Notes under the pieces: model-generated | The model's database searches: none | What the model was told of the DNA's origin: nothing | Seen by the model: the letters and a program-made list of their open reading frames with translations, nothing else | Source: a virus | Lineage: Duplodnaviria > Caudoviricetes | IMG/VR virus record: IMGVR_UViG_3300028886_000082 | Location: 1-64,000 of that record | Reading direction: 5' to 3' (one strand) | Length of the DNA: 64,000 nucleotides | Position numbers and translations under genes: made by a program | Part shown: in pieces, positions 46,601 through 57,600 of the stretch | Position numbering within the stretch: position 1 is the first letter of the stretch | Layout of the letters: the number at the start of each line of letters is the position of its first letter

Positions 46601-48338
46601 ATATGACGATAACAATAACATACTGTTGCAAGGAACTAATCTTGTAAGTAGAGGTATTATACATGAAACGCTTGTTGCTCCAGCAGGCGCATCCTATGCC
46701 ATTGTATATACAAGAAATACATCTTGGTCATTTACTCCAGCGAATTTCATTCCTCTTGCAAAGATATACAGGAAAAGATATGGCAGGAATATTGATATAG
46801 ATGCCTTTGATGAAGCTATCGCGGAAATGAGAAAAGGAACTCTTTCTGAGGCTCAGGAGAAGAAGATTGAAGATATGGTATTTGGTAATAACGCTGATTT
46901 TGAGAATGCGAGTGTTATTGACTATAATCCTCCTGTTGTTGCTTCTGTTAGCAGCGATGATGCTCTTGAAGGGTATATTCAGCATACTCCAAATAGCGTT
47001 GTCAGTCAAGGCGGCTTCTTCTCTCGTCTCTATCCTGTATGTGAGACTGCTGGTCAGATTCCTTCTTGTGAGGCTGTAGAGTACCAAAGAGTCGTAGATG
47101 ATGTGGAGTCAGGAATGATTAACAATGCAGGCAAGGCTATGAGGGCTTTGTGTGTCGCAAAGGGTTGGGAGGCAATGAACCACTCAATGACAGCAAGGTT
47201 TACTGCTGCTTATGCTTTTGATACTTTTGCTGATGCTATGACTGCTGTAAGTAATCATACCATCAATCCTGTCGGAGAGGGTGTTAAGAGTAATGGAACA
47301 ACTCATATTTATATCAGAGATAGGAAAGCCAATTATTACTACACAAAGGCTGCTGGTACTTATAGTACTGACGCTTCTGACTGGCTGATTGTTCCTTATC
47401 AGTATATTAAGCCTAAGTTGTGGAATACATCTGGCACCTATATCTCCCTTAATCCTACATATCCTTATGACTATCAGACAAGGGTTGCACAAAAGAGAAT
47501 AAGTGAGGTTCTTGATACTTCCGTAGAAACTTATGTAGCTGCAAGTGATTCCAATTCTTATAAATTGAGAAAATATGCTTTAACAACACATAAGCAGTCT
47601 GTATTCAGTGCAACTCGTTCAGACATAGACTTCACTTACAAAAACGGTATTGTAAAAATGCCTCTTGTATCAAATATTGCTCGTATAGGTGGCTATGACT
47701 TAGGGGAGGATTCAAGGATTGTAGTTGCAAGTAATACTGAATACAATACATGGAAAGACAAGTTTGATGAGCTTGTAAGACGTGGGACAAAGGCTTTTAT
47801 AAACGCTTTCCACATCTACAGATATTGCTGGGAGAATAGGGTTCCTGATGATGCAGATGTTCCTACTGCTGCAAAGGTTGATACTGTCAGCGGTGGTACT
47901 TATCCTGAGTCTTGGATTCTTCCTGTCAGAAAGCCACAAGACTTTCCTGATGATTTCCTTCCACCACATCCTAATACAGGTCTTGATAGATGGGGTTCTT
48001 TCACCATGCAAGATGATGGAAGTATTGTTGACGAAGCAGGTGTTAAGGTGATGGATGAGAACGGTGACTTTGTTCAGTATTCCACTACTTGTTGGATGCC
48101 GTGCTATGGCACAAGATTGTTCCAGTTCTGGAGATTCCTCTTGTATATTCATTCAACAGGTGTTGAGTTTATGACTATAAGGGATAATGTGGCAAGGCTT
48201 TATAACAGGCTTTCTGTTGGAAGCTTCCCTTATGCCTACAATAACGCAGCATTCAAAGTTTCTGATGAGCCTGCTGATATGTCATACTACTTTATAGGTG
48301 CTGATGGCAGTAAGTTGTACCATAAGGCAACTTTATAA
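43620..48338 (+). CDS. Tail spike/fibre with SGNH-like and polysaccharide-deacetylase-like domains
   Basis: 1572 aa; VSVCGAS...PDVVLLGGGQNE (SGNH-like), MNHS (NodB-like); AT-richer than its neighbours. Confidence 0.6.
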   Translation: MADIFEIAGRIHSTSQEEVTTVAGEILDENKGMKQSQINTETDAALDDRYTKEQTYSKSELNNLITTPNQQYVNVTANSQTTAVTDVLPATGEADTTYRVGNWDGTQYNDSVFSEYAWNGSAYIKLSTKSQVGEVYDISANHADTKYADLAAALNGGANIPQSLQKGGMSVKYVCSYDNKYVQYRLTKDTWSTTVSDWQGIDDIVDNLNYINNIVRFKVGSLNSETGAEVVVNTRARTAFIKSPFILELNEGYKIQMICKYQQNPDGTTTFIDLSGVRSNLTKYFGTSDDGYVYRLTVSKDVATDTISESDLNDIIKTFKSCVVFEDTNNLLGLAGKKVSVCGASNECFEGVSVGRSLRYYPGSNIVGDMDNTYWGMLIKTCGAVLEENISVGSSGVTDNEYYHQNCFRKRVANGGLGSPDVVLLGGGQNEPPIGDEEGQMQVGTFDPTKPTEELNLYEFCDAYDNLIRLINSECSNPRIIIYIHPKTDYRLASVMTGIGRYYGADIINAVSQLDKFELLQEVGISPSHYTQHDMTLVYNLIVNTLLEKGKHIQSVYGTNGKVSELYFEGIDTTKHYSFQQLRYVSGTGVRIFIKDEYGETLSNTTIAQLNHNVNALNMPEGMKGYITLNMTEDDTIDIQATINNDIATSLDENPSIHAFLIENGIIPVIQDNKADKGGITWINRVIIRSNGLLGNYNSDTIFTSGLLLIDKSEDIKVKNGWYNKDNAIVPLYFYDENGIAISGYLDDLSDPTTGRKSFTIQKDNIPANAKYIRICSNYGSTVGYADVLSGISLYSVANEVFKISRKNTKRESTNEYELYGEETFNEHYYINSTSGAITGSNNYIATPFLNIKGAASLEVALFFNSVTSNNNGLGFYDKDKNFISGVANHDTVPYAVLTINVPQNAEYIAVCMPTENNSFYSYNTSVNGVPCYIKVNYRYVEKRGFTEGNFDTQGSYTTPSSTYNNNTGQINISEGEVLEYRAFSNLNDVIAVIYDDNNNILLQGTNLVSRGIIHETLVAPAGASYAIVYTRNTSWSFTPANFIPLAKIYRKRYGRNIDIDAFDEAIAEMRKGTLSEAQEKKIEDMVFGNNADFENASVIDYNPPVVASVSSDDALEGYIQHTPNSVVSQGGFFSRLYPVCETAGQIPSCEAVEYQRVVDDVESGMINNAGKAMRALCVAKGWEAMNHSMTARFTAAYAFDTFADAMTAVSNHTINPVGEGVKSNGTTHIYIRDRKANYYYTKAAGTYSTDASDWLIVPYQYIKPKLWNTSGTYISLNPTYPYDYQTRVAQKRISEVLDTSVETYVAASDSNSYKLRKYALTTHKQSVFSATRSDIDFTYKNGIVKMPLVSNIARIGGYDLGEDSRIVVASNTEYNTWKDKFDELVRRGTKAFINAFHIYRYCWENRVPDDADVPTAAKVDTVSGGTYPESWILPVRKPQDFPDDFLPPHPNTGLDRWGSFTMQDDGSIVDEAGVKVMDENGDFVQYSTTCWMPCYGTRLFQFWRFLLYIHSTGVEFMTIRDNVARLYNRLSVGSFPYAYNNAAFKVSDEPADMSYYFIGADGSKLYHKATL

Positions 48339-48437
48339 ATACTTCTTGTAATAAGTAGGTACAAAAAGACAACAGGTTTTTTCATAAAGTAATATTGTTT
48401 TAGGTTAGTTAGTTATTTAAGTATTTGTTTAGTGAGG

Positions 48438-48472
48438 GCAGTCTGCATGAGAATGTAGGCTGCTTTTATTTT
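48438..48472 (+). terminator. Intrinsic terminator with a GAGA tetraloop
   Basis: GCAGTCTGCAT-GAGA-ATGTAGGCTGC followed by TTTTATTTT. Confidence 0.75.
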
Positions 48473-48480
48473 AACCATAC

Positions 48481-48578
48481 AAAAAGGGGAGACCTCAGCC
48501 TCCCCACTACAAATACTAATCTATAGAGAGCTGCTGCCCTCGTATATATGATAGCACCAGAATGCAGATGCAAAGGTA
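48481..48578 (-). ncRNA. Candidate ~85-nt small RNA (promoter to terminator)
   Basis: TACCTTTG (48578-48571) then GGGGAGGC-TGAG-GTCTCCCC-TTTTT (48505-48481); no ORF between. Confidence 0.45.
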
Positions 48579-48642
48579 AAGAAAATCGGGACAAGTTGTA
48601 TCAACTGCCCCGAAATCTTAGGATTATTTAAGGATTACTTTT

Positions 48643-51600
48643 CTACTCAATTTGGCCTATCTTGTCAAGCTCTTCAACGACCAATTGCATCTGACTGTTA
48701 TAGAGCGCACGAAGATTCTTGCGGTCTCTTCCAGTAGATTGGTTGGCTGCTGTATTAATTTGCTTGAGTACCTTATCTGCTCTCTTCACAAACTCCATAC
48801 GGACAGCATCATTGGTACTTGCCATCTCCATAGCCTTCATATAGTGGTCTGGGTTGGTGTCAGCGTCTCTCATGTATCCTTTGAAGTCGTGGGCAAACTT
48901 GTTAGCTTCTTGCTGGTACTTATGATACTTTGCCTTTGTGCGGTAAATCTCGGTACGCTCGTCGCCCTGCTGCCAGAACGCTCTTGCAAACTCTATCTTA
49001 CGGATATTAAAGTCAGGTTCTTCGTCCGTGAAGATTACGTTGTATGCATCTCTTATGGCGGAGCCTGTATTCATAAAGAACTTGCCAGGGCCTCCTGCAT
49101 ACTGTTCGAAGATGTACTGCATTGCGCCTGGGTTTATTTGAGCCCATCCTGCATGAACATCATCGCCACCGCTGACATCGTTCAACCACTTTGAAAGAGA
49201 TATATAGGCAGAGTTGGTATTACCGTATGTCATTTGATACTCTGGTGTGTATTCGTCACCGTTGTATTTGTCCTGACGGAAAATCTGTCTACCCGTCCAA
49301 GAAAGGTTTTCTCCTACGGCTACTAATGGAGCCAGAGGCGAGCAGACTCTTCCTACCACTTCATGCACTGGGTCGTAGTTTGATGTAACCTTTGTCTCAA
49401 AGTCTACAGGTGAGAACACATTGAAGAATCCTATCATCTCGTCCATGAAGTCTTTGTCTACTGGCTTCAAGTTGGGATAGAGCGTGTTTCCTGCTATCAT
49501 GTCTCCAAGTGTATAGAAGGCTGCAAGTTCCTGACCCATCGGTATCACCAAGAAGTCATTCTTCTTACCAGTTGCCCACCCAGTATAGATACATAGGTTC
49601 TTTCTGCGCACCCATTCAGGGAGGTTTGCGTATGGATCATCGTCATCACCGCCTCCAGCAAGACCGTAAAGCAAGTCGTTGATAACAGGCATCAGCATAC
49701 CTAATGCAAATGGTGGTATTGCGTAGTAACCTACGAGTTTACCGACATACGACTTGTTGATGCTGCCGTCTGAATTCCTGATGTTGCGGAAGATGTTGCA
49801 AATGCCTTGTACGGTGGCATTGAAAAACATCTTATTAGCCAAAAGAATCTGTGATACGTTTCCTGCTAACTTCGCAGTACGTGCCACCCATTTCTGTTCG
49901 GTCTTGAATCCAGCCGTATTCTTTCCTGCGCCACGCTTGTTGAAGTTTACCGTCACTTCCTTTGCATCGTAGGCAGAACGTGCCTTCGTGCGGCCTGCCA
50001 CATGTCTTGATGCCCTATAGGTGGCAAAGCGGGCATTGTTCTCTATTGCTTCGTTGGCTGCTTCAAGTGCGCCAAGCGTCTTATCCCAGAAAGCGCTGCC
50101 CACCTTCTTGACTTTGCCTGGCGTGCTTATCATCTTCTGGATATCCCTCTGCAGCTCTTCTACCTTTTTCATGTGAACGAATCCCGTGATACCTCCACTA
50201 TCCATGAAGTCCTTGAAGTCACGTTCCATTTCGTTCCTCATGTCAAGCTTACCCTCACGATACTTCTTGAAGAGTGATATCATCTTTGGAAGCTGTTCAA
50301 AGTAATAGCCTTGTGCTGCCTTTTCGTAGTTTCCACCTTCACGGGCCATGAGAATAGCGCCGAAGTGAGTCCAGTCGCGAGCCATGTTTCGCCCCAAGAA
50401 TGTAACGTTATAGGATGTACTTACAGACTGCATATAATACTTTGCATCGGCAATGAAAGAATCAAGTGGGCCATCGCCATGCTTGTATCTGAGCTGACCG
50501 TTAAGCGCCTGAGCCATTCTCGGATTGCCCATCACGACCATAGTCTTGCGGTTGCCGTTCATCATCACCTCAACGATGTGTTCTCGTTTATGCTCCTTAT
50601 CCACCTTGTAATCGAATTTGGCATCACTCTTAACCTTCTTGGCCTTGCCTTCAAGTTCTAATTTGTTCATGCGTTCATAGAACTCTTTCGTCCTAGCCTC
50701 AACCTCCTGCGGCTTCATATCCTCATTAATCTGTGGATAGTCTGTTACCCATTCATCGGTAGTCGGGTCAAGAACTGCCCAAGTGTCGTTTATTTCCACA
50801 AGGTCATTTGGATTGGCCTGGCAGAGACGGTAGAACTTCTGCTTTACCATGTTCTGCTCTCCGTCCGAAATTGCTTTATAGGTCATGGCAAACAGCGTAG
50901 CGAGCGGATATCCTGCCTCGCTCTTACGGCCAGCGGCATTTTTCAGCAGACCACCTAATCTGCTTGCTCCGTCTTTGACGGTCATATATTGCCAATGGTC
51001 TTCAGATGATGTGTCATTAGAATAGCCTCTCATCGGAACGTAGAAGTGGAACATATTCGTGACACGTTTGTAGGTCGAGTCGCTTATCATGCCCGACTCA
51101 CGATACTTGTCAAGGCCAAGCTGAGAGCAGAGGTTTATCTTGCTCCACATCTTATCCATGAGTTCCTTGCCCATCTTCTGCTCGTCATTCATAAGTTTAT
51201 CAAGGATATCCTTCTCCTTGAAATCCTCACCGAACATTTCTGTGAAACCTGATGCGTCGTGTTCTTCGGCATCAAACTCTTCATCTATATTGTCGTGAAT
51301 GAAATTATCGATGGCATCCAGATATTCGGGGAAGGTTTTCTTGCCTTCCATCAAGTCTTGGTAGGCTTGCTCCTTGGCTTCTACATAACTGTTCTCCAAC
51401 TTGTCAAGCTGCTCCTGCCATAGCTTATCCAGAGCCTGATCGAGTTTCTTGTTCTTCTGTTCTTCGGTGATGTCACCATCCTCGAACTGCTCTTCAAGCC
51501 GTTCGGCAATCTTGTCGTAGGCTTCTTGCTGTTCATCGTCCAGATCGTCATAAGTGACATTCTTTCTTCGCTGACCCTTTAGCCAGTCTCTTACGAACAA

Positions 51601-54600
51601 CTCACGATTGCGCTCAAATCCATGCTTGGTGAATAGGTATCGGTCAACATCGCCAGTCTGCCAGCCCATTTTTCGGCACACCTCATAAACGGTTTCCTCT
51701 AATGGTCGCTTGTAGATGTCCGTGAATTGCTCTTGCTGATTGTAAATCCTACCATACGAAAGATTCATTGCTTGGTAGGCATTCTGCGAATCGGGTATAT
51801 CCTTATCTTTGGCAATGGCATTCTGACCATGCTTAAAGGTTACCATATCATCCTGAGCGGCCTCTTGCATCATCGTGCTCGCCCTGTTGATACGGTCATG
51901 ATATACCGCCTTTGCGGAATTCTTGTCTATCTCCTTGACACCTTCCTTCTGTTCTTTACGGAACTTGATCCAGCGTTTAGCGGATTGCTCTATTGCTTGG
52001 ATGGGGTCTTCCGGTAGTTCGGATTCCTCTTCAGGGCGTATGACGTTATCTCCCCGTCCTTGTCCCTGTTGACTACTTCCACGAACCTCGGTTGCTGATG
52101 TCTGTTCTCCTTCGCCAATTCGTCGAAGTTGATTGTTTCCTGCGTTTGTACTTTCTTGTCTGCCATTTTTAATATGATTTCTTAGTTCGTTTGCAAAGTT
52201 ACAAATTTCTGGATTACCAACAAAGTTTCCATTCAAAAACTTTTCAGTTCCATAGCTATCAATGGCTACGTTACCTATTAGGAATGCACATGATTCATTG
52301 AACCAGTCGTATCTCTCGTAGTTGCCAGGCTTTGTGATATGATTGAATATATCAGGACGGTTTACCCTCAACCATTCATAGCAAGCCTCTCCAAACTTAC
52401 GGCGTACATCTTCGGGCATTTTCTGCCAGAAGCTATGCGTCTGCTCATGCCACCATGCAGCCTCTGCCTCCTTTGCATCCTCCAGATGTTCTCCGAATAC
52501 GACTACTATACCCGCTCTTGGTATGTAAGCCGCTCCGTTGTCTGGGTCGCTGTAAAGCCTCTCTATCTCTCTATACACACGTCTGCTGACCTTATCTTTG
52601 AGAGCTTCAAGGTCTTGTGGGCTATTGATAGTATATGTCGGTGCGCTACCCTTCAAATCCTCACGGCTTGCAAGGCTATTCACCATATCAGATATTTCCT
52701 GCAATTTGCTATTGGTGGGAGTTTTGCCATTAGACTGCCGCCAACTCTCTGCTGCTTGATTGATAGCTTCTATCGGATCAGAGGTTGTTATCATGCGCTT
52801 GGGAGCGTCGCTGTCTTCCTTGGCACTCTCAACGGTCACGCCTAGCTCGTCGAGACGCTTTAAGATGGCATCGAGGTTCCTTGCAGGGAAGTCTGCGCTC
52901 ATCTTTGTGCTTCCCTCAAACTGACCATCAACGAAGCTAAGGAGCGTTTCGTCATTAAAATACTTCTCACCTTTTTTCTTTGATTTAGGAACTTGAAGCG
53001 TATATCCATACGCATCATTGCGCCAATCGTATCTACCTCGTTTGACTGTTACGTCACCATCGGCAGAAACAATCTTGTTGTCCTTTTCAAAATCGTCTAG
53101 GTCATTCTTAGCAGAAGATATAGGATTCTTGCTCGTCAGCGCCTTCGGGTCGAACTGATCTGACATCAGGATACCTTGACGGATCTCGCCCGTATCTGTA
53201 GTATATGAAATCAGTTTACCGCCTTTTCCTTGACTACGGAGTGAGGTAAGTGCTTTCAGCAGATTACCCGTGATAATGTGTCCTTTCTTTCTGGTTGCCG
53301 TTGAAGTAAGTTTATCCCAGTTATCTACGTTCTGCTCCAATACCTTTTGCATGTTGGCAAGGTTAGAGCCAAACATTCCGTTTCTAGTCTGTGCTGTCTG
53401 CTGAACAATGATAGGCTTGATGTCACGCTTCTCTCCATTATTCTGCTTAACCATGCCGCTAATAGGAATGGTAATCTTTCTGCGCCCGTCGAGCGTAGCA
53501 AACGTAATTGTACTAGCAGTGGTAGAATAGTTATCTTCCTTTATATTGATGTCTATCACCTTACCAAAACTTGGTTCAAAGGTCAACTGTGAAAGGTCGT
53601 AGATGTCAGTAGGCAATGCATACACACCATCGGTAGAGAAAGTTTCAAGTGCATCTACGAATGCTTGCTTCTGTTTATCAACAGCTTCAAGAGCATTCTG
53701 CAGTTTCTCCATCTCTTGCTTATAGAAGGTGTCATACTGATACTGAGAGTTCTTCTCTATCTCAGCATCTGTCATGCCATTCTTCTCCTGAGCTTTCTTA
53801 GCACCCTTTGCATACTTTTCTTTCTCGGCCTCGGCTTTCTTTTCGGCTCTCTCGGAAATTGTCTGTGTAGCCTCGGCTTTCTTTTTCTCAGCCCACTTAT
53901 CTACCTTATCAAGTACACCCTGCTTGTATTCATCCCATGTCTTACCTCCAAGGAGTCTAGTCTGAGACTTCTTCACCTCTTCTGCCTTCATCGGCTTGCG
54001 AAGTACATCCATCTCCACTTCCTCAACGTATGAATTGTCGGCAAATGGATTCTTGCCTCCTGGCTCTACACCTGCTTCCCATACGTCCTTCTTTAAGGTC
54101 TTGGCACGGAGTGGCATTTCTGTAATCTCCAAGTCGTTCTCGCCCATCTCGTTCAGACGGTCTATCTCGGCTTGGTATAGGTCGCCGATTTCTTTCAGCA
54201 TCTTCTCCTGCTCTTTAACGGTCAATAGTGCCATACGGCCAAGAACCTTGCTTGCGGTTGCTCCATCACCTTGTGCTTTCTGCGCCTGACTAACGAGCGT
54301 TTCTGCAGGAAGTGTCTCTGCTCCCTCTCCCCATTTCAGCGGGTCACACATCTTCATTGCCAAGTCAACGTGCTCTGAAAGATACTGGATAACGATGTCG
54401 TCACCATACTTATTAATAATGTCCTGCACCTGCATCTCGTTAAACTTCGACTTCTGCGAGGATGTGGTATTAGCATCTAGCGAGCGGAGTTTTGCTTTCA
54501 ACATCATCAACAAGCGCTGCTCTGATGGAATCTGAGAGACTACATATTCGTACATACCTCTCAGCACCTGTCCGGTTCTGTCGATACGTCCACGAATCTG

Positions 54601-57600
54601 AACCTCATCGTTCACGTCACCTTGCGCCTGCGCCACAATCATGATTCGCTGGCGCTGATCCTTGAACGTAGATGATGCATGGAGTGAGATGCCAGTTCCT
54701 GCACTACGGTTGAGTATCAATGCATCAAGCTTGCCGTTATTGAAGTCTGCTGCAATCTTCTTCTTGTCGGTGTCCTGACGCTTTACACGCTTAACGGTTC
54801 CGTCATCATTGTAGACAAATTCGGCTTTGCGCCCCGTCAACTCGCCCACCTTATAGCCAGCTTTCTTCAACTCATTCTTGATGACGTCAATCGGTGACAA
54901 ACTCAGACCACTTGAAGCATTCTCGATGGCATCCATGATTTCGGCATAACGTTTCTGGCCTTCCTCACTGAGTCTGTCGAAAGGTATCATCTCATTCACG
55001 GTATTGCCGAAGGCATCTTTCTTCGTGATACGCATCGTACCCTGCAATCCCTTCTTCAAGTTCACGCTCAGGTCTGGCATCTCCATAGACTCTCCGTCTG
55101 CGCCCGCTACCTCATCAGCTGCACCCTCGTTGGTGTTAGCCACGGTTATCACTGGTTTACGGCCAAGCTTCAGGTGTTCAATGGCACGTTTGGCTGCTTC
55201 CTCGGCTTTTAGCGAAAGAAGTACTTGCTGCACCATGTTATATGTACGTGAGGCAAACGGGGTGTTGTTAATACCCATATCACGGGTTCCTGGTGTGTGG
55301 TCTACTTCGCCCTGCTCCTCAGCTGCAGCATCGTTCAAGCCATTCACAATAGGGTCAACATAAGTACGTTGGAACTGAATGATGTCGTTGAACAATCCGA
55401 TAATGGTATCATACTGCTCGCGCTGCTTCTGAATGATGTCCTCATCCTCAATACCCTTCCAGTCGATGGTTACACCAGTCATGTCGCGCTCACGGCGAAT
55501 CATCTGTCCTGCCTCGGTAAGAGCCTTAGACATAATCTCTTGGAAAGTAGCACCGCCACGCTTTACGGCATCAATCAGTTCTCCCACCTTTACACCAGCC
55601 TTACTGATGGCGGTCTTGAGCGAATAGATAGGCATGTTGCCCGGACGCTTGGCAAAGGTGGCCGAAAGGAATGTTAATCCCTTGGCCTTGGTTGTAATAT
55701 ACTGCAGATAGTTGCTTACGTTACTGCCTTCACCGCCTGCATTATGGCTCTCGTCCATAATAACATAGCTATTGCCAGCAAGTGTCTCTAACGCATCGCG
55801 CTTAGCCTGCCCGTTTATATGAACTGGACCTGCTTTCTTCTTACCAAAGTTTCGTGCTTTTTTGTTTCCGTCATCGTAGTCCATCGTACCACTCTTGAAC
55901 GAGTCGTATGTGGTCAGCACATAGTCGTACTCTGGTGGGAGTTTCCCATTTTTATTGATGTAATCAACTACACGCTTTTGCTCTTTTGCATTAGGGGTCT
56001 GATAGATAACGTTGCCGTTCTTGTCGGTCACGTTGCCTGAGTGCTCGGTATCGTCTGCGCTCCAAATAAACGGCCTCAACTTGGGACTGCCAATATCGCA
56101 GAGGTCGCGGTACATATCAGAGAACAATGCTTTCTTGACGGTAATGAACACGGGGAAGCCTCCCTTCTTCACGCCATAGCGGATAAGGGCTGCTGCCTGT
56201 CTGCCTTTACCGATACCAGTCTGGTCGCCGATGATAAAGGCATTACCTTGGTTCATCTGATGGATGGCAAGTGCTACGGAGTCAATCTGCTCTGCTGCAA
56301 GTGCCTGATGCAGTTCTTCCTTACTTGAATAACCAAGCTCGTCAACAAGGAACTGGTCTACATCGCCCAGCTCTTCGAGCGCACTCTTTACCACGTCGGC
56401 CTGCTCTGCGGGCATCAACGACTGAAGGGTAAAGGGGTTGCCGCTCTGCTTTCTGTAGGGTACTTTCTCGGTGCCTAAGCCTCGCTTGACTGCGGGCTGC
56501 TCAGGTTGCTGTGCAGGTTCGGCCCCTCGCTGTCCCACTCGCTGGCTATTGTCAGTTGTGGCAGCAGGTCGCTCAGTGTCATTTCCTCCAGGTTCATTTC
56601 GTTTTTCCCCTGCTTGCTCAGTGGTGCTCCTACCTGGTTGAGAAGCCTCTGTCCTGCTTCCGACTCCAGTAGGTCTTGTATCCACAGCTGGCTGGCTTGT
56701 GGTGTCAGTTCCTCTGGTGGCGTTACTACTTCCCGAAACACTTGATCCGTTTGAAGTACGTCCTGCAGGTTGCTTTTGGCTTCCTGCGGGCTGTACGTTT
56801 CGTACTCCCGTTTCAGTAGAAGCTCCAGCATTGCTGGTATCATCCACTCTTCCACTCTTTCCGCTTTCTGTGTCGTGAACACTAGTGGGTTTGTTGCTGT
56901 CAGATAATATGTCATCGTTTACTCGTTTAAATAATTCGTCATAACTGTTAACTCGCTCGGCTCTTGCCTTCTGTATGGTCGGCGCAAAGCTTCTTGGGTT
57001 GAACTCCTTGCGTCCGTTGATGAGTATCATTCTCACGGGGAAGCCTGTTCCCTGACGTGAATACAGCTCATGGCCGTTCATGTTGATCACGTCTACCACA
57101 TTATAGTGTGCATAGAGGTAGTTCAAGAAGGCTCTGTCTTTGCCCTTGATGCTGCCGTTCTGATTGTACTCGGTGTTGCCTCCGATGATAATGGCGGCAC
57201 GGCCATCATCCTTCATCGACTCCAGGGCATTGAGAGCCATCTGATGCTCCAAGCCAGAAATCTCATAGATGCCGTCGTACACCTTCGGGGTGACATTGCC
57301 AAACGGCGGGTTGGTGACTACCACATCAAACTTCTTCTCGCCGAACGACTGCAATCCATCTTGGCTCGTCACTTCACCGAATCCCTGCTTCTGAAGGTTG
57401 GAGAGCCGCATTTCGTCAATGTCGTTGACGTGCATCTTCTCCTTGGGCAGATTGATAGTCAGCATTCCGTTTCCTGCTGATGGCTCCAGTCCGCTCTCTA
57501 CCTTCTTGCCTGCTGACAGGAACTGCCCCATCAGGAATGCCATCGGTGCAGGCGTAGAGTACTGCTGCTTGTTGATGCGGTCATTATCTCTTGCGTTGAG

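Noticed and set aside
42420-48338. Diversity-generating retroelement targeting the fibres
   Set aside because: No reverse transcriptase in the window, and no template/variable repeat pair noticed. Cannot be excluded outside the window.
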